This document shows, piece by piece, positions 42,201 to 54,200 of a stretch of DNA of 64,000 nucleotides; the stretch's first letter is position 1; each line of letters begins with the position of its first letter. Source of the DNA: Asterias rubens (taxonomy: Eukaryota); NCBI RefSeq assembly GCF_902459465.1, contig NC_047069.1, forward strand, positions 8,432,001 to 8,496,000. Reading direction: 5' to 3'. Made by a program: the position numbers and the translations under genes. The notes below the pieces were generated by a model. The model ran no database searches and was not told the DNA's origin. It worked only from the letters and a program-made list of their open reading frames with translations.

Positions 42201-45200
42201 TGCAGCAGATAATTTCTACATCAGATGTCACATTGAGGGGGCTAAAGAACGCCAAACTGTAAGGTAAATGCAATTGCTCTACACTGAAGTTCATTGAGCT
42301 ACCAAATATATATAAATTTGCAAAAAGTTGTCTTTGTACATTGTTTTTCTCACCTAATATCTGAATATACGGATCTTTTCATAAATGAAGTTTAAAAAAA
42401 TTGTGTGAAGAATATATTATTTATTTCAGATATATCAGCCAGATGGAAAAAGGTTGGATGAGGACTTTAGGAGTTCACAGTTGGAAGACCAATTGAATAT
42501 TTTGTTGCAAATGTACAGTTAGTTACTCAGAAATTTGCGTTGAATTTTTTGCCTTAAATAAATTCTGGCTATCTTTGAACATCTTTGATCTACGCCTAAG
42601 CACTTCTCATTTACAATTCCATGGTTGTTTTCCTGTTTTTGTTTATTACTTTGATATTTCAAGCTGTAAAAGCGCTTTATACAATGTTTTTATTGTTTTT
42701 GGTGGAGCACAATGTGAGCTCCTGGTGCATTGTTCTTGAAAAGATATTGTTCTGTTTATCCTCCTCTTAAGGCAAGACTTCAACTGCGTGTACTGTGGCA
42801 ACATCTTAAAGGAGGATGTGAATTGCAGAGTCTTAGGAGGTATGTATGAGTCAATCAGCTATTTTTAAAGTTCTAAGCTAATGTACGAGGACAGGGTTCA
42901 ACCTTAACACTAGCCTGGCTTGCATTGTCAGGTTACAACCGCTGTGTGGTAACAAATACCAGTTCTCAACTTGCACTGCTGGCTACTAAAACTATGAAAA
43001 ATGTTTGTTTTAAATTTTCAAGTTTGTTCCTGTTCAGATGTGAATATATTTTATGTGTTACTTTATTTGTTAGTGTGTGAATGTCATTTTGACCATTAAA
43101 CTGGTTGTTACCATACATTGATGTCAATACAGTTTGGGCTACTAAAATATGATGGGATGAATAAAATGCACAGTTCTAGCCTGTTGAGCTACTGTACACA
43201 AACATTAGAGTGCAAGCCCTGGAGGAGGTATCTTTTAATACAAAATCCAACCTCCAGATTAAATTTACCCAGATAATTGTTTTACTCATCTAAACAAACA
43301 TGTGTAGTTGATTTGGGTTATTCTGTTTTCTTGTTAGAGAAGCAGATATTACAGATTGTTGAAGGGAATGTCTCTCCGCGTCATGATGTAGATGCAAACT
43401 TGGGCAGGTACAGCCAAGCTGTTACTGTTGTTTTGAGAGGTAGGATTCTTAAAATGTACAAAGACAGCCAACTGCAATAATGACATATCTCTATGCTGCC
43501 AGTGTTGCTTCTATAAAAATGTGTATAAGTGCTGCCTAAAAATGTTCATCCTCCATTGATTAAAACGTAGCCCCAAAGAAAGCCCCAAGCAAGCAGCAAA
43601 TAAAGATCATTCCAAGATGCTCATTCCTGCATTTTTTGTAGAATAGGGCGCTTTCAGCATTTACCAAATGAAAATTTTTCATGCATCATGTGTATGTGTG
43701 GGTGGATGGGGGAGCAGTGCATACTGCACTGTGAAAATTCATCCATAAACACTTTATCACAAAACATTATTCACCCTACTAACCATTAATGCAAACTGAT
43801 TACTGCACATGAATCATCTGCGTAAAATGGAAAGCAAACATACATTTTGATGGCTCTGTTTGCTTTTGACGGTTTAAAATGTTTAATTTGATTCCCCTGG
43901 GTCCAATTTTTCATAGTGTACACTGTCTGTGTGCTTAAAGTTAGGCAGGTTGGTACACTGGCTGTGTGCTGTAAGTTGCTTCTATTGTCGATGAGTGACT
44001 ATAAGTGCTGCCTAAAAATGGTTATCCTCCATTGATTAAAATGTAGCCCCAAAGAAAGCCCCAAGCGGCAAATAAATATTGTACAAATATATGCATGTAC
44101 TTTCCTTTCAGTGAAAATGCCCATTCCTGCATTTTTTGTAGAATAGACCGCTATTAACATTTACGGAATGAAAATGTTCATGCATCATGTGTATGTGTGG
44201 GTGGATGGTGGAGCAGTGCGTACTGCACTGTGAAAATTCAACCACTTTATCACAAAACATTCACCCTACTAACCATTAATGCAAACTGATTACTGGACAT
44301 GAATCATCTGCGTAAAATGGAAAGCAAACATACATTTTTATGCCTCTGTTTGCTTTTGATGAGTTAAAGGTTTTAATTTGATTCCCCTAAGTCAAATTTT
44401 TGATAGTGTACACTTGTCTGTGGCTTAAAGTTGGCCTGCCTGTCAGAATTCCCAAGGATGTAAATCACAGATTCCAGAGACACGTTGTAGATTATTTATC
44501 TGACTTGTATTTACTTGCTCTATGTACCAAGAATTATTTCCTCATCTGTGTTACTTGTCACTTTCTAATTACCTAGATGAGTTTTTCAATATCCAGCTTG
44601 GTGGCTACTACTGTGTGATTGGAATCCCAGTCAAGGAATTTGCTGCAAATGCAGCTGTCTCTGTCGTGATTGAGGTGATGTATTTTTCTTAATTTGTCAA
44701 CCAATTAAAGAACAGCATTCTTCAACTTGAAAATTTAAGTAAAACTCATAAGGTGGGCTGTAAAGTAACCAACTGACACGTCATTCCAAATATTGCTGAT
44801 CATATAAGGTATTCTGAATTGATTTTAGTTTCACTGAAATGTCAACCTATTTTTTTGCCTACATGTAAAACAAGCAAATGCCCAGGGAACCCATTTGCAG
44901 TAACTAGATGGGATTAGAGGGCCTCCATGAATATCTGCTTAAGCCATTGCCAATTTGTGTATTAATCTTCAAATGTACAAACTTTACTTTCTACTGGAAA
45001 ATGCACTATCAAATTAATTCAATCATATTTTTGTTTTGTTTGATTTCAGGCAAACAATGTCATTAAGGTAAGTTATTTCTGCTTTAGTTGATTTAGATCA
45101 GTTTCAGAAGAGGGGTATGGGTGATTACCCATTGGGAATTATTTGATGCACTGTGATGTTTGGCAGTGCTTATTTAAAACAAAATATGTGTTTGTTTTAT

Positions 45201-48200
45201 GGTTTGTTTCACCTATTCTTCCTTTGGCTGGGATCGGTTGGTCAAGAGTTTATTCTTGTTCCCAAATTTTTCAGATAATTATATTTAAACTGATCAACAT
45301 AGAGGCCAAGTAAGTGATTATAAACTCTACATACATGCTCTACAGTGGAATAGTCAAACTTCAGTTTCCTCAATTTTATCTCATATCGGCTTTTAAGGCA
45401 GGATGCAGGGCTTATCCGTTTTCATACAAACTTTGTCTAGCAATGTCAAATTATCTGTACTCATGTTATCGTCTCAGAGAACTTAGAATGCTAGACATTC
45501 CTTAGTAATTTAAATATCTTCCTTTTAGGTTCACCTTGGGATTCAAAGAGAGATACCAAGTCATCTTCCAGAAACATTGAGTCAGCTTCTTAAAAGTAAG
45601 AAAACCTTTACTTATATTTAAAGCTCAAATTTCATAAAGTATAAGGTACAAAGGTTTCAAAATCTGTTTGAATACACAGTTTAAGATATGAGTTTAAAGT
45701 TCAAATTTAAAGTTAATCAAATTCAAATGTTTTGTTCTTTTATTTTCAAATGTAAATTATCACAAGTAACTACTGTAAAACAACAATTCATATTGGTCAT
45801 GGTGAAATACTATTCGGATCTTGTTAAATTGGAGGACCTAGTTTTCATTTTTGACGGAGGAAATCTCAACTATTGTTTTTATTTCGGAAGATCCACCCAC
45901 ACACAACTCAATTTGTTTTCAACATCTTAACCTTCCTTACAGCAGTAATTTATTATTCCACAGTTTGGTTTCAAGAGACTTGCTTTTAGATGCAATGTAT
46001 TTTTCTGTCATCTTCTTCAGTGTTGTCTCAGCCATTGCAGCATTGCAGTTTCCCACATTTAATTAGATAACTTATGTGTTTGCCTTGCAGCATTTTTCAG
46101 ACTTAAGTGCATATAATGAGCACACTTGATGATTAATCATTGAAAGTGCAAACGGAATGACCTTTTGTAATGTCCCTTTTTCAGTGAAACTTGGGGTCCC
46201 CTATGCCATATTGATGAATCTTTTGTTTTAGGAAATCTGTTTTGCTGGAAAAATAATATGACATTATTTCTCATGTAGTTAGTATATATGAGGGAAATAA
46301 TATTTATGACTTTGTGATGAGTTGAACACAAATTATAAAGCTTTCTTTAAGTTTGTTTTTGTGTGTCCATAGTGGGGCAGAAATGGGAAATATTTTGGGG
46401 CAATTGTGCCTTTGATGGTGCAAGCATTGAACGTTTGCACACCACACAACAAGAGATGCCAAGATAATAATGTTTTGCCATATTGTTATTACAGATTGAA
46501 TTTAATCCAAAAATATGTAAAATACCAAGCAACCAAGTTTACAAAAAAAAATTCCTGCCATTGATTGTTATACTACCAATATTTTTTCAAAGGACAAATT
46601 AATCTGCAGTGGCGGTGTAACCCAAAAACTTTTTCATTACACACTCTGACTGTGTGCCAAATTTCTGATGACGGGAAACACCCTCAAAACAAAATTTGAG
46701 ATTGTTATAATCTAAATTATGATAAATTGCACCCCCACCATTTAAAAAAAAAAATCTTCATTTTCTTCAAATAAAATCTAAGTACTTTTTTCCTTCTCAA
46801 TTGTGCAGGTCAAGCAGTATCTCCCTGGGGCTTCAGCACAAGTCTTGCGTTCCAATTTGGCAGTGACATTTCACCACCAGGCACTTACCACAGACTTAAA
46901 CTGTGCATGCTCCTCAGTCTTATTGATGCTGCCTCCTGTACATCTGATGAACATGTAATTCACTTTTATTCTCTTTCATGCATTGTTAGAGATCTACGGG
47001 TATAGGATGAAATGCTTTTTCAAATCTATCCATCTTTGTCTATTGTTGTTTCGCCATGTCCTTCCCTCTCAACCCAACCCTCCTTTTCTCACAAAATTTG
47101 CCACTCTGAGTCTATTTCAGCTTTGAAGTACAAGCAAGTAAAGGTCACCTGTTTTGGAAATCAGGAAAGTCATGTAATCAGAAACTCTTATGGTGTATAG
47201 TAAGATCAAAAGCTAGTAAGGATACTCAAACCTTGTGCTTCATTACGCCTGCCTTTGCAATGTGTCTTACCCTTAAGCTCTTATTTAACCAAGGGTTTCT
47301 TTTATTTTTCATTCAATTCCTGAATTCAATTCGCATGGCTATTAGTCTGTCATAGTCCATTAATATCTCTCCATAATACAATAATAGGCTCCACAGGAGT
47401 TATTTACTTTAACTCAAGGTTAACAAGCTAATTTTATAGACTTGAAAAATCATTTCATCAAACAAATTGCATCACTTATATGAAATGAAGTAGAAGGAAT
47501 GTAAAATATGCACTCTCTTTTTCTAGTCAAGAATTTTGGATTTTCTTGATGTTTACACCACATTATTTCCTTCCATGCATACCCTTATTTTATACCCTGT
47601 CAATTATAGTTATAAATTATTGTGGGTAGTATTTTGATGAAGTGCTAGATTCATTGTGAGGAAAGATTTGAAACCACAAAGAATGCTTCAATTTCTTTTC
47701 TGCAGAGGCAGCAGAAATATTGCATCAATGGGTATTTTTAAAAACCAAATCTATTTTAGGATCTAAGGTATTTGATGTTAAGTATATATGATACGTCTTG
47801 AAATGACCTTTTCATATCCCTCAGTTTTTTGTCTTCCCTTTATCTCTCTCCCTCTCCTCTTCTCACAATTTGTACATAAATATTATCTGCATTTTTGTAT
47901 GCATGTAATGAAAATTTCTTATTTCCAACAAACATATCAGTAAATTTAGCTCAACAACAACATTTATTTCAACTTGACAAAAAATATTACAATTGTCTTA
48001 CAAAATAAAGATTTACATTAAAACAGCTAATGCAAACTAAATAATAATAGTAGAAACTGACAGAGTAAGTGAAATGGTGGCAATCCCAGGTAAGCTGCAA
48101 ATGTTTAATCAAATGGACAGGTCAGCAAATAACTGTCTCTTTCTAGGGACTATAGTAATGGGGAACAAATGTAAAATGTATTTATGATGTTTGATACATG

Positions 48201-51200
48201 TACATTGACCAATTTATCAAGGAAATAATGAATGGTGACTAATTGTGCTTACCCTCAACTTATTAACAATTACGTATTTTACCTTAATGATTCATTGTAT
48301 CAGTAGGTCAGTACTGAAATCCCTTTTATCATTTCAGGATTCGCCAGGATATCTGGATCTTGTCGCTGTTGGCACTGACACTAGCATAATTCAAAGATTG
48401 CTGCTATATGGGGCATCTTTCGCACCTCGTGTTATCATTCACAACAGCAGCCAGCCATTACTTGTTTCAATCAGAAAGGATCCAGCTGTCTTGGAGAGTT
48501 ACACTATTGATGGTAAATCTTTTCTATATGAAAGATGAACAAATAGAGACGACTATAGACATGACTCCTTAGCTAAGTATATTCTCTGACATGAGTAAGC
48601 TAGAGAGAGAGAGGGAGAGATCTTACAAAGAGTTAAGACTAGTCTTATCTCGACTTGGGACGAGTTACTCGTCCTAACTTAGGACTACCCATATGTTTTT
48701 AATATCTCCTAAAACTAGTCCTAAGTTTAGACTAGTCCTAACTCTTTGTGAAATCGACCCCAGCTCGGTATTTTATTGCCTCGCATAAGCTGATTGCGAA
48801 TTGTTGCAGTGCTAAGGTGTTTATATTTTGAGTCATGTTGTGTTTGTTGGGGAACATGGACGGTTTGCATCTCGCTTTCATACCCAGTCATTACTTCTTA
48901 GACAGTATACCCGTATCCATTACCCAAGACATGCTAAATGTATCAGTCCGTGTTAATGGCAATTTGAGACCTACAGAAGCATCTCATGTCTTTGAAGAAA
49001 AAAACAATTTCCAGAAAGAGGAAACACAATAATATAAGCTTGAAGAAATTCAGCAAATAACAAGCATTATTAAGAAGTGAAGTAACCCAACCTGGATAAT
49101 TAAGTTGTGTGGGTGTCAATTAAACCAACTGAAAGATCTACATTTCATGAAACTTGGATAGAAAGCTCTTGGGTTTCATCATAAATTGAAATGCCACTAG
49201 TGGATTTCAGTAATTAGATTTTGTGGTTTAAATCTGTCATTGCTTCTGGCCAAAACTGCTTATTAGCTTGGATTTCAACATACAAAAAGTAATTAAAATC
49301 CAAAGACTGGCAGGCTTAACATAAATGCAAATTTGAAACAACTACATATTTGAGAATTTTCAACGTTTATGTTTATAAACATATATTACCAATTCAAAAT
49401 TGTATATTGCATGACTTTATTTATGCTGAAATTGTTAATCGTGAAATTGAATACATGAAGTATGGAACAAAGCTAACTGTACGGTAAACACAATTGGTTG
49501 AATTGGGTTTTGAGTAGTTACTCAAAGAACATTGTTCGCAAATACTTCTATTGGATATTTTGCTTAAAGATCAATTGCATCTGCCAAATTAAGTGGCAAT
49601 GACAAACACCAAACTCTAAAGACACACCATAGATATACATAGGACCTTAAAATAGCCATTCTCAAAATGTGCAATGATGCCTTCTAAATAAATTATTTTA
49701 TTGCTTCCCTTTTGCAGCTGGATCGGTGCTGTTAGCTCGCCAAGGTGTTTGTTTGTTGGGGGATTTGTACAATCATAAACGGGAAACAAAAGCCAAGCTC
49801 CGGGATGGTGAGTAGGGATTTACAGTTGATGATTGACGAAAACCCTGAAATTTGTATGTGACTTTGGAGGTCAACAAAATGTATACCCTGCTTCTTTTAG
49901 ATCCTAACAATGAAAGGGTCCTGGAAAATTTATGTGGTATTTAACTTGTTTTCCTATGATTCAAGCTGTGTATATTAGGACAGCCATAAAGGTGAATATC
50001 ATGTGCATATATGGGATATTCTCCTTTCTTGTGTACTGTAAAAACCTAATAAAACATGATGCTCCTTCAAAAATGACTTTTAATTAAAAATGGACTGCAA
50101 GGGAAGATCTGATTTCATGAAAAAACACGTGCCATTACTGCATTACAAATATTGTTTTCAAAAGTTCTCTCACCTGGATTAGTATCAACATCAATTCCCT
50201 GTTGGATTGATGTTCAAACATTATATAGGAGAGCAATTATGAACCATTTCTCCCCTTTTGCTTTTAGTTGATTTCATCAGACATAAGATGTAGAGTAGTT
50301 CCTAGAGTATAATTATTTTGCACAGCTGCAATTCTTATCATGCATTTTCAAAAATTAATTTTGTGACTTGTTTTCATAAATGACTATTCAAGTAAAAAAT
50401 GATACTCGAGAAGACTGAAAAATATTGTCATTTCCTTTGATCCCTGTTTTTTACGATTTTCATGTATTAATATGAAAATTCATGGGGTATTTCAACAACT
50501 ATATTCGATCAACTTTGACATTTGTTTGTTACAGCACCAAAGTGGAAAATGTTTATATATTGAAGCTTGTCCTGAATAATGCCAAGTACTAAACCTTGGT
50601 TCCTTCTTTTTGCAGTGTTTAACTCTTCCCAGAACATACCATGATACATTGCAATTTGGGGGAAATCAAAGTCAAAGTGCAGCGTTTGCAACAATCAGGG
50701 GAAAACTTGTTAGCCTCTAATGCGAGATCACTTATTGTAAAGTTCAGACAATTATTAATCTGCCATCAAAATATTTCTATCTGAAATACTGTCTAAGTTG
50801 AGGAAATAGCATTTGTAGTAGACCAGCCAAACTTTTAAAAGTGCTCTAGAAAAAGAAAGAAAAAAACGGCATAGTTTGCTAGATGTATGAATCATGGGCT
50901 CGGGAAGACGATTAGGGTGGATGCCCAGCTTGATTTTGAATTTTAAGGTCATTTTGGGGTCAAAAGGTCAAAAAAGGTCAACAATCAATAATTTCAAAAT
51001 TTGTGTCAACTTTAATCTCATTTGATAGATCTATCCATAAAATGTATTTTTAACTTTATGTTGATACTACAAACCTATGTTATTAACGTATAAACTTTGA
51101 CCTTGTACACAAATGTATAGCAAAACGAAGTGTAAAAGTGTGATTATCTTGAAAAGGGTACATTTGGAGTACACCCATTGTTTTTGCACTCCCCATCCTC

Positions 51201-54200
51201 ATTGGTGCATATATTGGTTTCAAAAAACTTTTTTTGAAAGGTAAATATACCCAGGCAGTTTTTGAGAAAAAAACAAAATTCAAATACCACCTTCATGTGG
51301 GGTCTTTTTAAGGTCAAAATTTCAAAAAAGGCAAAACATTTGCATTTTTGAAATTTTCACAAAATTTGACCCCAAGTGATACATCTATCCATAAAATGTA
51401 TTTTTAAGTTAATGCTGATCTGACATAAGTATGTAAGTAACGGACAAACTTTGACCTTGTACACAAACGTATTGCAAAGCAAAACGTAAAAGTGTGATTA
51501 TCTTGAAAAGTGTACATTTTGAGTATACCAGCATTTTTGCACTCCCCATCACAATGGTGCATGTTTCAAACAACTTTTTTTTGAAAGGAAAGTGTACTTA
51601 GGCAGTTTTTGAAAAAAAAACACCACCTTCATGTAAGGTCATTATTGAGGTCAACAAGTGCAAAAAAGGTCAAAATTTAATTGTTTTAAATTTTTTTAGC
51701 CACATTTTACCCTAGGCGGCAGATCTATCCATAAAATATAGTTTCATCATCAAATTGACATGCCAAGTCTGTGAAATTATGAGTTAATCTTTTGTCTTGT
51801 ACACAAACGTATAGGAAAATTAAATCTTAATTGCAATTTTCTCAAAAAGTGCGTATCTTGAGCATAATACAGTGTTTTGCACTTCCTATCCCAGCAATGC
51901 ATATAATTGTTTGAAAACAGCTTTTTTTGAAAGGTCAGTATACCAAGGCACTAAAAACAATCATATTATACATTTTTCCTATGTGGTAAAATGAAACATT
52001 GTATTGTATACTATTCACGCAGAACAGTTCGACATACAGTTTTACAGTTTAACTTGGTGCCCTTTGATTTGCACCCTTATAAAACTAGCTCAAATCAAGC
52101 ATCTGAGATAGGGGTAGTCTTCCAGGTAACCTTTTTCTTTTAAGCTCATGTGTGTCTGTGTCATTGTGAGAGAGGAGACGTCCATGTATTCCTAGTTTAC
52201 GCTGTGTGAAGTTTCAGTGCATCTCTTGTTGGCAGCAACATCTCCAGACGCTTCTTCGCCTTACAACCATGAAACACATTTTTTTTTTTTTTTTGCTATC
52301 GAAATGAGCGCTATCACAGAATTTGATCAAAAATGTTCACAGGTTGTAAGGCTGTTTATTGAAAGCACGGAAATGGACCAATGATGTACTTTCCTTTAAA
52401 TTAAGGATGTGTTTATCTTCTTTTATGCAGTAATGAGTACTAGAGTTGTCCATGTAGACTTGCCTAAGAAATTAAGAAGCTCATCGGCACAGCAACAGCT
52501 ATGTCCTGTGAATTGTAACCTTTGGGGCCACCTGAGCTGTAGTACTGCTCCAGATATGGATCAACTAGAATATCTTGCCTCCAGATTTGTAAGTCACTTG
52601 GCACTTATCACCATAGAATCAAGTATAGACCGTTATCAAGGTGTAGCCATCTTGAATTTCTCCCATTGATGTCGATGTTACCAATTCGAGGCTGAAGAAC
52701 AAAAAGTCTGGGTCGTAATTGCAAAACGATTATTAGCATACATTATTGTCATTCGAAACGAGTAACATGACCAAGATGGAGGCAGCATGATAAAGGTATA
52801 TTGTGTTGTGACTCGATCTGAACTCTTTGAAAAATCTAGTCAAACTAAAAGCACATATAGGGTCTTTTTGAGATTAATTGTCTCATCTAAACTTTCAAAC
52901 CATTGAAATTGAAGGTATTAGTGATGAACCTTGAACATATCTTCGAGATACTAATTTCAAAACTGGTACATCAATGCAGAAATATATAATTGTGTATACA
53001 GCCAATTTTTTATTTGACTAGAGGTCTGTGAAAATTGATTAAAAAGTTTATCCATACAAACATTAAAAATGGTCATTCCTAAATGCCCTTTCGTGCCCTT
53101 GTGAATAATATAGTTTTAATCTTTTGGGAATTTTTGATCATAATTATTTCTTGACCAGGCCAAAGATATTCCTCTGAGTGCAAAAACACCTGTCAAATGG
53201 AGCCCTGATTTCATTTCTGTAATATCGATTGTTCTCTGTACTTTTCCAGCAGGAGAAGAGAAATCTGAAGCAGTCTATTTTAGAGTAAGTTTTAGCTGGT
53301 AGGAATGTTACGATAAATTTTAGAAGTAGTCATGGGAATGAAGGAACATGTGGTCAATATTTATAACAAACAAATCCATAAAATATGTGTAATTATGTGA
53401 CACTTGATGGTAAAGTCAGACAAGATATAACTACAAAAAATAGTTAATGGCCTGACGTTTCGACTTTCTCGAACGTTTCGTCTTTCTCGAAGGCTGAATG
53501 ACAACACAACAAACATGAACAGGTTACTAAGTGAAACATAAGCAGTGAAGTGGAAATACATGAATGGGGTTAGAAAGCATACATAAAAAAGCAGGGGGTA
53601 AACAATGAATAGGGGGACAAAAAGGGGGGGGGTGAAGGGAAGGGACTGGCTTGACCACAAGCAAGAATATGGAAACACAAAGGACAACATCAAGGGTGGT
53701 GAGGTTGGGTAAAAAGTAATTTATTAGTGAATGAGGCTCAGGCTAAAAGGCTATAGGGAAAAAAGGAGACGGCAAAACAAAAGGTTTATTAGTCGTTTCC
53801 TTCTTGGATGTTCAGACCATGGGGTTGAATGGTCTGGAGGCGTCTAATCCAGAGTTTCTCCCTACTCAAACGCACAGTCTCTCAAGATATAACTACCGTA
53901 AAAAAACAATGTGCAGCTTATTGAGCTATATTGCTCAAAAATTGCTTTCGGATCATCAGTGCCCGAAACACATTACATAAGCTTGCCTCAATCCCCACAT
54001 AGAAACTAGCACTAGTCCACAGGCCCGAAACCTGTGATGTGAGGTCGGACAAGTAAACTTACATAAGACAAGCTTTGCGAACTTGTGTTTTTCGTTTGAG
54101 TAAAAACAAACATTGTGAATTATCTTTGTGAACAAAATGTTCACTGTAAATGTTACAGATATCTGTCAAATCTTTTTCAAGAATATCAAAGTAAAATTAC

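Noticed and set aside
52580-52588. SRF tripeptide in MCMDC2 resembling the MCM arginine finger
   Set aside because: It lies about 12 residues before the aligned position (ILESF). Skipping the 35-nt exon to bring it into place causes a frameshift, and the Walker motifs are degenerate anyway.
53361-53693. 110-aa hydrophobic ORF on -
   Set aside because: Product of a low-complexity pyrimidine-rich tract; Phe/Leu-rich artefact.
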